Of a stretch of 64,000 nt of DNA, positions 29,360 through 39,693 are shown in pieces. The notes below the pieces were generated by a model. The model did not search any database, had not been told where the DNA came from, and saw nothing but the letters and a program-made list of their open reading frames with translations. Source of the stretch: Alphaproteobacteria bacterium (GTDB taxonomy: Bacteria; Pseudomonadota; Alphaproteobacteria; Rickettsiales; JABSSG01); the NCBI GenBank assembly GCA_030431375.1, contig JAUIIY010000007.1, forward strand, positions 4,228-68,227, written 5' to 3'. Position 1 is the first letter of the stretch. Each line of letters begins with the position of its first letter. Both the position numbers and the translations under genes were made by a program.

Positions 29360-30508
29360 ATGGCAGAGCAACTCTTAAAGACAAAAAGACAAAGAAAAGA
29401 AAGTACCAATGATGTATTAATTAAGTTCAAGAATATCTCAAAAAAATATCCCCATAGTGATGAGCTCGCGGTTCATAATATCAATCTCGATATCGAAGAA
29501 GGCGATTTATTTGTTCTTGTAGGACCTTCCGGTTGCGGAAAATCTACTTTGCTTAGGATGATAGCTGGCTTTGAGAAACCTACATCAGGAAGAATCTATC
29601 TTGGTGACCAAGATATTACGGATTTACCACCACATAAAAGACCCATTAACATGATGTTTCAATCATATGCACTTTTTCCACATATGAATGTTTGGAATAA
29701 TGTGGCATTTGGTCTAAAGCAGGAAAAAATACCTCACGATGAAATCACTCAAAGAGTTCATGAGGCTCTAGAGATGGTAAATATGTCGAGCTTCGCAAAA
29801 AGAATGCCAGATCAATTGTCAGGCGGTCAAAAACAAAGGGTTGCACTAGCACGAAGCATCGTAAAAAGACCAAAAGTTCTTTTACTCGACGAACCACTCG
29901 GAGCATTAGACAGAAAAATACGTGAGCAAACACAAGTTGAATTAATCAAAATACAATGCCTACTAAACATCACCTTTATTATGGTAACTCACGATCAAGA
30001 AGAAGCGATGACATTAGCAGACTGTATGGCTGTTATGAATAAAGGAAAGGTTTTACAAGTAGGAACTGCTGAAGATATATACGAGACACCGAATTCGCGT
30101 TTTGTCGCTGAATTTGTTGATTCTATCAATTTGTTTAATGGACGGATAGTAGAGAAAAACGCAAAAAAACAATTAGTTGGCATATCTGTTGACGAAACAG
30201 ATGATATTATTTACTTCAAAACTAAAGAAGATTACCCTATCGGAAAAAAAATATCTCTGGGTCTAAGACCAGAAGAGGTAGAAATCGATGTCAGCAAAAC
30301 CCCCGATGATGAAAATGAAGTTGTAGGAACAATTATTGATTATGGATTTTTGGGGCAAAAAATTGTTTATCATGTTGAATTAAGAAATGGCAAGAATATC
30401 CATGTCACAATACCAACCTCCTCTAAGATGAAGAACCCAGACTTTAAAATGGGTAAGAAAGTATATGTTTCATGGTTCTATGATGATGGAGTTTTGCTGC
30501 AAAAATGA
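29360..30508 (+). CDS. potG: Polyamine ABC transporter ATP-binding protein
   Basis: GPSGCGKST, FQSYALFPH, LSGGQKQR, LLDEP, TOBE-like C-terminus. Confidence 0.9.
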   Translation: MAEQLLKTKRQRKESTNDVLIKFKNISKKYPHSDELAVHNINLDIEEGDLFVLVGPSGCGKSTLLRMIAGFEKPTSGRIYLGDQDITDLPPHKRPINMMFQSYALFPHMNVWNNVAFGLKQEKIPHDEITQRVHEALEMVNMSSFAKRMPDQLSGGQKQRVALARSIVKRPKVLLLDEPLGALDRKIREQTQVELIKIQCLLNITFIMVTHDQEEAMTLADCMAVMNKGKVLQVGTAEDIYETPNSRFVAEFVDSINLFNGRIVEKNAKKQLVGISVDETDDIIYFKTKEDYPIGKKISLGLRPEEVEIDVSKTPDDENEVVGTIIDYGFLGQKIVYHVELRNGKNIHVTIPTSSKMKNPDFKMGKKVYVSWFYDDGVLLQK

Positions 30509-31419
30509 TCTTGAAAAAACTACTTAATAACCAATCAATAAACAAAGCATTAATCATCATAACTCCAATGTTATGGATGTCTCTGCTGATTTTAGCACCA
30601 ATGTTGATAGTTTTTTCGATTAGTTTTAGCGAGTATTCAACCACTATTCCACCTTATAAACTTTTTTTTGGTTTTAATCCTCAAAGTAATGACTTCTTTT
30701 TCTCCCCTCTCATCGAGAATTATCAGATATTTTTTGAAGATTCGATTTACATCAAATCTATCCTTAACTCCCTAAGATTTGCACTGATAACAACCTTATG
30801 TACACTCGCTATAGGTTATCCAATAGCACTTGGAATTTCTAACTCTTCGGAAAACTCAAAAAATTTGCTTCTCACCTTGATGATACTACCTTTCTGGACA
30901 TCCCTAATAATTCGTGTTTATGCTTGGAAAACCATTTTGGGATATGACGGCATAATTAATAACGTGCTAATTAACTATGGATTGATAACTGAAAGATTCA
31001 TTTTCCTCAACACCGAATCAGCCGTTATATTAGGTTTAGTTTATTGCTATCTTCCATTTATGATATTCCCCCTTTTCATTGCAATTGAAAGAATTGATAG
31101 GTCTTTAACTGAAGCAGCTCAAGATCTTGGCTATTCACCGATAAAATCGTTTTTTAAAATAACCCTACCTTTATCAAAGCCTGGTATAATTGCGGGTTGT
31201 ATGCTTGTTTTTGTACCGGTTATTGGTGAATATGTAATACCAGATTTATTGGGTGGAGCCAAAATCATCAATATCGGTAAAATAATCTGGATAGAGTTTT
31301 TCCAAAATAAAGACTGGCCAATCGCCTCCGCAATAACGATAATTTTAGTTGTAACTTTCATAATTCCCCTGATAGTGATTCAAAAATTTATTAACGAAAA
31401 TCAGGAAGAAGATAATTAG
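30505..31419 (+). CDS. potH: Polyamine ABC transporter permease
   Basis: PFWTS..IRVYAW, EAAQDLG. Confidence 0.88.
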   Translation: MILKKLLNNQSINKALIIITPMLWMSLLILAPMLIVFSISFSEYSTTIPPYKLFFGFNPQSNDFFFSPLIENYQIFFEDSIYIKSILNSLRFALITTLCTLAIGYPIALGISNSSENSKNLLLTLMILPFWTSLIIRVYAWKTILGYDGIINNVLINYGLITERFIFLNTESAVILGLVYCYLPFMIFPLFIAIERIDRSLTEAAQDLGYSPIKSFFKITLPLSKPGIIAGCMLVFVPVIGEYVIPDLLGGAKIINIGKIIWIEFFQNKDWPIASAITIILVVTFIIPLIVIQKFINENQEEDN

Positions 31420-31427
31420 AGAAATTT

Positions 31428-32234
31428 GTGATGCAGCAGAAAAACCTTACAACAAAATTTTTTATGTTTTTAGGACTATGTTTCTTCTACATACCTATTC
31501 TGATTCTGATCATTTATTCATTTAATGAATCAAGATATGTAACATCATGGTCAGGTTTTTCATTTAAATGGTATTTTGAGATCTTCAATGACCAAGAGTT
31601 ACTTGATGCTACTATCACAAGTGTAGAGATAGCTTCAATCTCTGCCTCTCTATCAGTAATATTCGGCACTCTTTCGGCAATATCTTTAGCAAGATTTGGT
31701 AAATTTAGGGCTAGAGGCCTTTTCACCGGCTTATTAACAGCACCTTTTGTGATACCCGAAGTAATAACAGGATTTTCATTATTACTTTTCTTTACTTTCA
31801 TTGATCAAAAAATAGGTTTATTCGCTGAGAGAGGAACACTCACAGTAATCCTTGCTCATACTACTCTTGGAATAGCCTACACAACAGTAATGGTTCAAGC
31901 ACGTCTTGCAAATTTTGATCATTCTTTAGAAGAAGCAGCTCTTGATTTAGGGGCAGCTCCGCATGCTGTGTTCTTCCAAATAACCCTACCTATCATCGCT
32001 AAAAGTATAATAGCTAGCTGGCTATTGTCTTTTACATTATCTCTAGATGATTTAATTATTGCTAGCTTTACTTCCGGACCAGGTTCTACAACTTTACCTA
32101 TGCTGATTTACTCGCGAATAAAATTAGGAATTAGCCCTGAAATCAATGCATTAGCAACAATAATGATATTAATAGTCACGATTTCAATTTTGGCTGTATA
32201 TTTCTCTAATATCAAAAAAGATAAAAATTCTTGA
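31428..32234 (+). CDS. potI: Polyamine ABC transporter permease
   Basis: SFN..W.GFS.KWY, EEAALDLGA, SLDD, P.INA. Confidence 0.88.
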   Translation: MMQQKNLTTKFFMFLGLCFFYIPILILIIYSFNESRYVTSWSGFSFKWYFEIFNDQELLDATITSVEIASISASLSVIFGTLSAISLARFGKFRARGLFTGLLTAPFVIPEVITGFSLLLFFTFIDQKIGLFAERGTLTVILAHTTLGIAYTTVMVQARLANFDHSLEEAALDLGAAPHAVFFQITLPIIAKSIIASWLLSFTLSLDDLIIASFTSGPGSTTLPMLIYSRIKLGISPEINALATIMILIVTISILAVYFSNIKKDKNS

Positions 32235-32290
32235 TTATCATTTTTATTTAACTAATTGAAATCTGCAAAATTTTCTATATCTTCTTTTAT

Positions 32291-32380
32291 GAGGCTGGGA
32301 CGGGCAATAATGTCTGTAATCTGGTCAGGTCTGAAAAGAAGCAGCCACATCGTCCTCTTATTGGGTCGTTTCCAGTCCTC
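32291..32380 (+). ncRNA. ffs: Signal recognition particle RNA (4.5S)
   Basis: Domain IV motif GGTCAGGTCT-GAAA-AGAAGCAGCC inside a long hairpin closed by GAGGCTGGGA/TCCAGTCCTC. Confidence 0.9.
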
Positions 32381-32409
32381 ATAATTAGCAAAAACTAACT
32401 GTCAGACAT

Positions 32410-33099
32410 ATGATATATTTAGTACGCGCGGTTGTAGCTATATTTCTATCAACAGGATTTCTAACAACTTCTCATTCTTTAAATAATAAGCAATGTAATC
32501 TAGAAATTGGGGATTTAGTCTTTTTCTCTCAGCCCAATACTCTAAACAAAGATGATTTTGTATCTGCAGTTTCAACATCAAGCAAAAAATCCAACGCATA
32601 TCATGTAGCTATAATTGTTGGTAAAAACAACAACTCTTATGATGTCATACATGCTACCCAAACAAAAGGAGTAATATTGGAGGATCTTGAAAAGATACTA
32701 AATAGTGAAAAAACTACTAATAACGCCATAGTTTTTTATAGGAGAGTAAATACAAGTAAAGAAACAAAGCAAAAGGCAAAAGAATTTGCATATAACGCGC
32801 TCGGTGGTGAATATAATGATTTATTTTTTGAAAATAATCTTAATTCCAAACGTAAATACTCCTATTATTGCTCACAACTCATTGAACAAGCTTATAACCA
32901 GAGTGCAAATGCAACATTATTCAAGAAGCAAAAATTAAATTTTTCTGACCAAAGCGGTAATTTAATAAAATACTGGAAAAATTATTACGCTGAAAAAGGG
33001 TATGATATACCCTTTAATCAATGTGGCACCCACCCATCAACGATGCTACAAGAAAAAAACCTATCTGAAATACCAAATTGCGATGTCCTCAATAGGTAA
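32410..33099 (+). CDS. YiiX/YebB-like permuted papain-like (NlpC/P60) enzyme
   Basis: GDLVFF, HVAI, IHAT, YYCSQLI..AY; signal peptide. Confidence 0.85.
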   Translation: MIYLVRAVVAIFLSTGFLTTSHSLNNKQCNLEIGDLVFFSQPNTLNKDDFVSAVSTSSKKSNAYHVAIIVGKNNNSYDVIHATQTKGVILEDLEKILNSEKTTNNAIVFYRRVNTSKETKQKAKEFAYNALGGEYNDLFFENNLNSKRKYSYYCSQLIEQAYNQSANATLFKKQKLNFSDQSGNLIKYWKNYYAEKGYDIPFNQCGTHPSTMLQEKNLSEIPNCDVLNR

Positions 33100-33164
33100 T
33101 TAACACCCATTGTTAAATGAATTTGAGATCATATAATGTATGATAAGCACATAAGGGTAAAATT

Positions 33165-33326
33165 ATGACTAAGTCGAAAACAACGAAGCAAAATAAAGTC
33201 GTCGAAAAAAAGAGACTTGTTACAAATGACAACATAGCGAATTTCGTGAGATTCAAGAAGCAGTCTCTAAAGAGAGAGATAGAATATTCTCAAAGGATGT
33301 TGAAGAAATTGATTGAAAATCTTTAA
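33165..33326 (+). CDS. Small basic hypothetical protein (53 aa), not in ORF track
   Basis: MTKSKTTKQNKVVEKKRLV..MLKKLIENL fills the gap; upstream AAGGG SD-like sequence. Confidence 0.5.
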   Translation: MTKSKTTKQNKVVEKKRLVTNDNIANFVRFKKQSLKREIEYSQRMLKKLIENL

Positions 33327-33368
33327 TAAAAGTGATTTATTAGCTGGAATTGAGCAACTTTCGAGCTA

Positions 33369-34352
33369 ATGAAATCACTGATATATCTGACACTATTTTT
33401 TTCTTCTCTTCAAATAAGTACAGCTTTGGCCTCCAAAGACGAAAAAGGCATCTATAGCTTCATGCTTGAAAATGATATATTTGCAAGCACAGACAAGCAT
33501 TACACGAACGGCGTCAGATTCTCTTATTTATCACCAGAGACATCAGTTAACGAGTATGTCGAGGATATTGCAAATAAATTTCTCTTCTTTAAAACTTGCG
33601 CAAAAAAGAGATATAGCTATGCCTTTGGACAGTCGATGTTTACTCCTAAAAACATTAAAGTCTCCACTCCAAATCCAAAAGATCGACCATATGCGGGATG
33701 GACATATTTATCATGGGGAATTATTTCGGCAAACGATAAACGGTTGGATAATTTTGAAATTTCACTGGGGATAGTGGGTAAAGCCTCTCTTGCTGATAAG
33801 ACCCAAAAATTTGTTCATAAACATGTTGGCTCCCCCAGGCCAATGGGATGGAACCATCAATTAAAAACTGAACCTGGACTAATTGTTTCGTATGATAGAC
33901 AATGGAGAAACAAATTTGAACTAAATATTAAGGATTATTCTGTAGACATCACCCCTTCAGCCGGCACCAACCTAGGAAACATATATACCGACATATCAGC
34001 AGGACTAATGACAAGATTTGGAAAAAATATTCCATTTGACTATGGAGCGCCAAGAATTAGACCTAGCCAACCAGGCTCTGATTTCTTTATCCCATGTGAT
34101 GATTTGGGCTGGTACTTATTTGCCGGCAGCGAAATGAAAATTGTAGCTCGTAATATTTTTCTAGATGGTAACAGCTTTAGAAAATCTCCCTCAGTCCATA
34201 AACGAAATATAGTTTTTGATATGCAAATGGGCGCTGTCTTTATATATAAAGAGATGCGCGTTGGATACACACACGTGGTCAGATCTAAAGAATTCAAGTT
34301 TCAAAAAGCATCTGATCAATTTGGAGCAATTTCACTATCATTTAGATTATAA
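33369..34352 (+). CDS. lpxR: Lipid A 3-O-deacylase LpxR family outer-membrane protein
   Basis: ENDIF..TDKHYTNG, GQSMFTP, DRPYAGW, GWNHQL, NIFLDGN. Confidence 0.85.
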   Translation: MKSLIYLTLFFSSLQISTALASKDEKGIYSFMLENDIFASTDKHYTNGVRFSYLSPETSVNEYVEDIANKFLFFKTCAKKRYSYAFGQSMFTPKNIKVSTPNPKDRPYAGWTYLSWGIISANDKRLDNFEISLGIVGKASLADKTQKFVHKHVGSPRPMGWNHQLKTEPGLIVSYDRQWRNKFELNIKDYSVDITPSAGTNLGNIYTDISAGLMTRFGKNIPFDYGAPRIRPSQPGSDFFIPCDDLGWYLFAGSEMKIVARNIFLDGNSFRKSPSVHKRNIVFDMQMGAVFIYKEMRVGYTHVVRSKEFKFQKASDQFGAISLSFRL

Positions 34353-34355
34353 AAT

Positions 34356-35534
34356 ATGCTAAAAGGAAAAACTCTCCACATTTTTACTGTTGCTTCTACT
34401 ATTTTACTAACAAAGCTAACAACTGACCTATATATACCAGCGATAGTTTCTATCCAGGAAGCTTTTAATAGCTCAGCTTACAATGCAAAGCTTACTTTAA
34501 ATGCTTACATGCTTGGTTTCGCACTTTCTATTATTATTTGTGCTCCATTATCAAAAAAATTTGGTATAAAAAATATAACTCTTGTAGCACTAGCAACATG
34601 CTTTGTAACAACAACCTTATGCGCTTTTGCAAATTCCATACATAGTTTGATATTTTTTAGATTTATAGAAGCTATCGGTGCTGGAGTCGGCACTATTCTT
34701 GGAAGGATAATAATCAACAATAAATATAACTATAGTGATCGTATAAAAATATTTTCTCTTTTTGCAGCATTGACAGCTGCCTCTACTCCTACCATGCCTA
34801 TAGTTGGTGGCTTTATCGATGAATATTCAAGCTGGAGATATATCTTTGTAACTATTGCAGTTATCACATTAATAGTTTTTATTTTAGTAAAGAACAATCT
34901 AGAAGATGATAAAGAGCGAGTGAATAACGCTTTTTTAGATACAATTCACAATTATGTGTCATTACTTAGAAACCCACATTTTTTATATATAATCATTGTT
35001 AATAGTTCAGCCTGGTGCTTATATTTCATGTATCTTAATGCATCACCTTTTATTTTTCAGAATGATTTTGGCTTATCCTCCGTGGGTTATTCTATATCAT
35101 TTGGCCTATCTAGCTTGGGGTTTGTTTCTGGTTCACTCTCAATCAGGCATTTCCTTAAGAAAATTGACCTAAATAAATTTATTTTACAAATCAGTTTATA
35201 TAATTGCCTTATAGTATCTCTAGCAACCGGCTATCACCTATTCTTTGAAAAATCTCTTATATCAATCATTATATCATTTACATTGATATTAATAACGGTA
35301 GGAGCACTTTTACCTACATGCCTAACTCTTACCCTAAAAAGGTTTAAATATTGTTCAGTTGATGCATTAAGCTTACATTTCTTTATTCAGATACTTGCTT
35401 GTGCATTATTTGCTATCGCCTCTGGCTTGATTAAAGCTTCTACAGATCTGAAATTATTGATCCTAGAATGCTGCTTTACTATGATTCTTCTTGTATTTGC
35501 TTTTATCAATAGCAAAGTCATTGATGATGACTAG
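34356..35534 (+). CDS. MFS efflux transporter, Bcr/CflA family
   Basis: TDLYIPA, about 12 hydrophobic segments, P.VGG....SWR.IF. Confidence 0.85.
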   Translation: MLKGKTLHIFTVASTILLTKLTTDLYIPAIVSIQEAFNSSAYNAKLTLNAYMLGFALSIIICAPLSKKFGIKNITLVALATCFVTTTLCAFANSIHSLIFFRFIEAIGAGVGTILGRIIINNKYNYSDRIKIFSLFAALTAASTPTMPIVGGFIDEYSSWRYIFVTIAVITLIVFILVKNNLEDDKERVNNAFLDTIHNYVSLLRNPHFLYIIIVNSSAWCLYFMYLNASPFIFQNDFGLSSVGYSISFGLSSLGFVSGSLSIRHFLKKIDLNKFILQISLYNCLIVSLATGYHLFFEKSLISIIISFTLILITVGALLPTCLTLTLKRFKYCSVDALSLHFFIQILACALFAIASGLIKASTDLKLLILECCFTMILLVFAFINSKVIDDD

Positions 35535-37069
35535 CTGTCAGTAAGCTCTTTTATAGAGTTACGGTTATAAACTCCTGAAAAAAATAGAGCTACTATGTAT
35601 ATGGCAAAGCTTGCAATTAAAATTGCACTAAACACTCCGAGGCTAATCATTGTAGATTGATCAAAGATATATTTACCAAACAGACCATATATTGCGTTTA
35701 GAAATACATACATAATAATGCAGGATAATAGAATTCTTATAAATCTAATTTTAAACGCAAAATCAAACCTAAATAAATCCTTCTTATAGGCATATATTAG
35801 TAGAAGAATTATATTGGTCCAAGCACTAAACGCAGTTGCCACAGCGATACCCAGATATGATATATATTGTACTAGCACGTAATTCCCTACAGCATTCAAT
35901 ATTACGCAAATAACAGAAACCCTAACTGGTGTCTTGGTATCTTGGTTGGCAAAGAAACTAGAAACCAATATCTTATTTAAGACATATGCAGGGATTCCAA
36001 GCCCTAAAATCAGCAAAGCTGGAGCGGTCTTATCAGTATCTGCAACACTAAATGCACCCCTCTGAAACAGTATATAGATAATTGGCTCTGATATTTCATA
36101 TAAAATAATTGAACAAGGAATGCTAAGTACAAGGGCGATTTCTAATGAGCGATTCTGCAAGAAAACTGCTTTCTCCATATCTCCTGACTTAAATAATTTC
36201 GATAATTTTGGTAAAATTACAATCCCGATCGAGACTCCAATTAACGCAAGCGGAAGCTGAACTAACCTATCCGCATAATATATAATTGAAACGGCCCCAG
36301 GAATAGAGGTAGCAATAATTGTACCAATCCAAATATTTATTTGTGTCACTCCACTCCCCAGAATCGCAGGTGTTAAATTTTTAAAGAACTTACCAGAATC
36401 TTTATCCACTTTAATTTTTTCTAATTTTGGCAAATGCTCCTTACGCCATACCGCAATGAATATAGCTACAAGCTGGATCAATCCACCCCAAAAAACTGAA
36501 TATGCTGCGTAAAAACTTTTCTGATAATCATCCCCTCCAAAAAATGTAAGGCCAATTATCATAACTATATTTAATATAATTGGCGAAGCAGCCATGGCGG
36601 CAAATCTATCTATCGAGTTTAAAATACAGGCGTAAAAAGTAACTATTGAAATAAATAATAAATAAGGGCTGGTAATGCGGGTTAATTGCAAGGTTAACTC
36701 AAATTTTTCTGGGTTACTCTCAAATCCTGGGGCTATAGCCATAACGATATCTTCAATGAAAACTTGGAATATTATCATCAGGCAAATTAGAGCTACTACT
36801 AAGAACGATAAAATTCTTCCTGCAAATAAAAGAGCTTGTTTTTTGCCAGCCTCATGTAACTTTCCACTAAATAAAGGAACAAAAGCTGCACTAAATGCTC
36901 CCTCTGCAAAGATAGATCTAAATAAATTAGGCAACCTAAACGCTACATTAAACGCATCAGCAAACATTCCTATACCAAAATAATTAGCTAATAACATATC
37001 TCTAATAAAACCAAAAACACGCGATACCATAGTTAAAGATGAAAAAATAAAACTAGATTTAATAAACAT
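35531..37069 (-). CDS. murJ: Lipid II flippase MurJ
   Basis: SRVFGFIRD, AFRLPNLFR..FAEGAF, YADRL.QLP, DTKTPV. Confidence 0.96.
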   Translation of the reverse strand: MFIKSSFIFSSLTMVSRVFGFIRDMLLANYFGIGMFADAFNVAFRLPNLFRSIFAEGAFSAAFVPLFSGKLHEAGKKQALLFAGRILSFLVVALICLMIIFQVFIEDIVMAIAPGFESNPEKFELTLQLTRITSPYLLFISIVTFYACILNSIDRFAAMAASPIILNIVMIIGLTFFGGDDYQKSFYAAYSVFWGGLIQLVAIFIAVWRKEHLPKLEKIKVDKDSGKFFKNLTPAILGSGVTQINIWIGTIIATSIPGAVSIIYYADRLVQLPLALIGVSIGIVILPKLSKLFKSGDMEKAVFLQNRSLEIALVLSIPCSIILYEISEPIIYILFQRGAFSVADTDKTAPALLILGLGIPAYVLNKILVSSFFANQDTKTPVRVSVICVILNAVGNYVLVQYISYLGIAVATAFSAWTNIILLLIYAYKKDLFRFDFAFKIRFIRILLSCIIMYVFLNAIYGLFGKYIFDQSTMISLGVFSAILIASFAIYIVALFFSGVYNRNSIKELTDS

Positions 37070-37157
37070 ATGGCTTAAAATGATTGATTAATAAAAAAAT
37101 TTATTTAGTTTTGTATCAGCATAAATTTTGTAACATTTTAGGTAAAAATTAATATAA

Positions 37158-37895
37158 ATGGAAGATTTATTTACTTTAGAGCATCTTATTACATTTCTTA
37201 CTTTGTCTGGCTTAGAGATTGTTCTTGGAATTGATAACATCATATTTCTGGCAATAATTGTCCATCCCGTCCCTGCTAAGAAAAGAAACCAAGTTCGTAT
37301 ATTCGGCCTTGGGCTCGCAATCGCAATGCGAATTGTTATGTTGCTTGGTGTATCATTTATAATGAGCCTAACAAAACCTCTATTCACATTTTTTGATATG
37401 GAGTTTACAGGAAGGTCGCTAATGCTCATGGCTGGAGGAATATTCTTGGTTGTAAAAGGGGTTTATGAACTTTACGACATGTTGAAAGCAGCGGATGAGC
37501 CAAGTCACACTCCCGATGATACTGATTTATATACCAAACGACCATATTGGCGCATAATTATGCAAATTATATTTGTAGATCTAATTTTATCTTTTGATTC
37601 AGTAATCGTAGCAGTTGGAATGGTAAATAATATACCTATTATCATAGCGGCTATTTTAGTTGCTATGGTCATCATGTTAGTATCATCGAAAGCAATAGGT
37701 GATTTTATGTACAAAAACCCCTCTATTAAAATAATTGGAATTGCTTTTGTGCTAATGATTGGGGTGTTCTTGACCGCCGATGGGTTCTCATTACATTTCG
37801 AGAAAAATTATCTCTATTTTGCTATGTTCTTTTCTATGTTTGTTGAAATAATAAACTTGAAAGTCCGAAAAAAACTAAAACATGAAAAGGCTTAA
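37158..37895 (+). CDS. TerC family membrane protein
   Basis: LEIVLGIDNIIF, DLILSFDSVI. Confidence 0.92.
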   Translation: MEDLFTLEHLITFLTLSGLEIVLGIDNIIFLAIIVHPVPAKKRNQVRIFGLGLAIAMRIVMLLGVSFIMSLTKPLFTFFDMEFTGRSLMLMAGGIFLVVKGVYELYDMLKAADEPSHTPDDTDLYTKRPYWRIIMQIIFVDLILSFDSVIVAVGMVNNIPIIIAAILVAMVIMLVSSKAIGDFMYKNPSIKIIGIAFVLMIGVFLTADGFSLHFEKNYLYFAMFFSMFVEIINLKVRKKLKHEKA

Positions 37896-37897
37896 TT

Positions 37898-38806
37898 ATG
37901 TTCTTTTTAAGAAATTATCTTCCTGATGATATCAACATCAATTTTCTGAGGTACAAGTATATTGGCCTTATAATATCTCTATTTTTTGCCGTAGTTTCTG
38001 TGTGGGGATTAGCGACCAAGGGACTAAATTTTGGTATTGATTTCCAAGGTGGTATATTGATTGAAGCAAAGTTTCAAGATAAACCCAGCTTATCAAATAT
38101 AAGAACAGAGTTAAATAAATTGAATATTGGAGATATCTCTATTCAAACTGTGGGAAATGAAAATAATATTCTTATTAAATCTGGCGCAAGTAGTGATGCG
38201 AATATTATGAGTACGGCTAATAAAATCAAGGATGCCCTTGTAAACTCAATATCTCCACAAGTTGAATTTCGTAAAGTTGAATATGTAGGGGCTGAAGTCG
38301 GTGAAGAAATGATTTCAGATGGAATCATTGCCATTATACTTACCTTTATAGGAATCATGATATATGTCTGGTTTAGATTCAATTGGCAATATTCAATAGG
38401 TATAGTGTTTGGACTAATTCATGACCTGGTTTTAACAATAGGTTATCTCATATATAGCGGCTTTGAATTTAACATCACATCGATCGCTGCTATCTTGACA
38501 ATTTTAGGATATTCCGTAAATGATACAGTAGTTATGTATGATAGGATCAGAGAGAATCTTTTTAAAATTCGTAAGAAAAGCTTTTTAGATATATTGAACT
38601 TAAGTATCAACGAAACGCTTTATAGAACTTTATTCACCCTTCTCACCACATTAATAGCCGCCGGCTCACTTGTGATGTTCGGAGGACCTGCATTGCAAAC
38701 ATTTAGCATTACTGTTTTTGTTGGAATCGTAATTGGCACATATTCATCAATCTTCATCTCAATCCCGATATTATCATTCTTTAGCAAAGGGCTATCAAAA
38801 AATTAG
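37898..38806 (+). CDS. secF: Protein translocase subunit SecF
   Basis: GLNFGIDFQGG, IHD, GYSVNDTVVMYDRIREN, GTYSSIF. Confidence 0.96.
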   Translation: MFFLRNYLPDDININFLRYKYIGLIISLFFAVVSVWGLATKGLNFGIDFQGGILIEAKFQDKPSLSNIRTELNKLNIGDISIQTVGNENNILIKSGASSDANIMSTANKIKDALVNSISPQVEFRKVEYVGAEVGEEMISDGIIAIILTFIGIMIYVWFRFNWQYSIGIVFGLIHDLVLTIGYLIYSGFEFNITSIAAILTILGYSVNDTVVMYDRIRENLFKIRKKSFLDILNLSINETLYRTLFTLLTTLIAAGSLVMFGGPALQTFSITVFVGIVIGTYSSIFISIPILSFFSKGLSKN

Positions 38807-39606
38807 TCAAATCTTTTCTTAAGCCTTCCTATTGATAAAGCTACTTCCTTCAATGGATCAATTTCAACTTCTTGCTTTATGGCACCCATTATAGACAATA
38901 TGGTTTTGTATACATCTCCATTAGGAAAATCCTGCTTCTGGTTTTTTATTATAAGGCAATGAAAATCTGACACTCTTTGCATATGCCTTGCTATTTCAGA
39001 ATTTATTAAGTTAATATTATTATCAATCTCTTGAATAAATTCTTTAGCATCATTTTCGATTGCATTTTTGGACTCCAGAATTTCATTCAACTCCTTTAGC
39101 TTTCTGAACCAATTACTGTATAACTCTTCGAAGTTAGCAGTCAGAAAATAAATTGCTTCAAGCTTTTCTTTATCACTTTTTGATCTACTTAAGACCTCAA
39201 CAGCTTTATCTTGAAACGAATTTTGGACATCATTTTTTTGTCTCTGCTCTAAAAAATTAAAAATTGTTCCTTTCTTGACTGAGCCAATACTAGTCAACAA
39301 ATCACAAAAACGATTTTTGATTATCTCCGAACTCGCAAAATGTATTTCAAGAAACTTCTCTCCAGTAAAACTCTCAACTGAGTCCCAGCTCATCAATTTT
39401 GCTTTAAACAGAAACCTTGAAGTTTGCGGATGAAAAAAATCGTACATCACAGGTTTTGAAGATGCTAAAAAACCTTCTCTAACAAACTCATCTACAACTT
39501 TAAAAGCAGCGAGTCCTGATATTTTGATTATCCAACAATTACTCCCTGAACATAATTCTTCCGCAGAGTAATAAGTATTAAAATCCAATGCCTCTTTTAA
39601 ACCCAT
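38803..39606 (-). CDS. Degenerate MnmE(TrmE) N-terminal-domain-like protein without GTPase domain
   Basis: IIKISG and SFTGEKFLEIH resemble MnmE IRxSG and SFTGEDxxExH; no P-loop. Confidence 0.6.
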   Translation of the reverse strand: MGLKEALDFNTYYSAEELCSGSNCWIIKISGLAAFKVVDEFVREGFLASSKPVMYDFFHPQTSRFLFKAKLMSWDSVESFTGEKFLEIHFASSEIIKNRFCDLLTSIGSVKKGTIFNFLEQRQKNDVQNSFQDKAVEVLSRSKSDKEKLEAIYFLTANFEELYSNWFRKLKELNEILESKNAIENDAKEFIQEIDNNINLINSEIARHMQRVSDFHCLIIKNQKQDFPNGDVYKTILSIMGAIKQEVEIDPLKEVALSIGRLKKRFD

Positions 39607-39693
39607 AATGTAACTATGTTTAGTTCTCTAAGTTTCAAGATATCTCAAAATATTTTTATGACAATAGGTAAAAATTACTTACATGATATTTCT

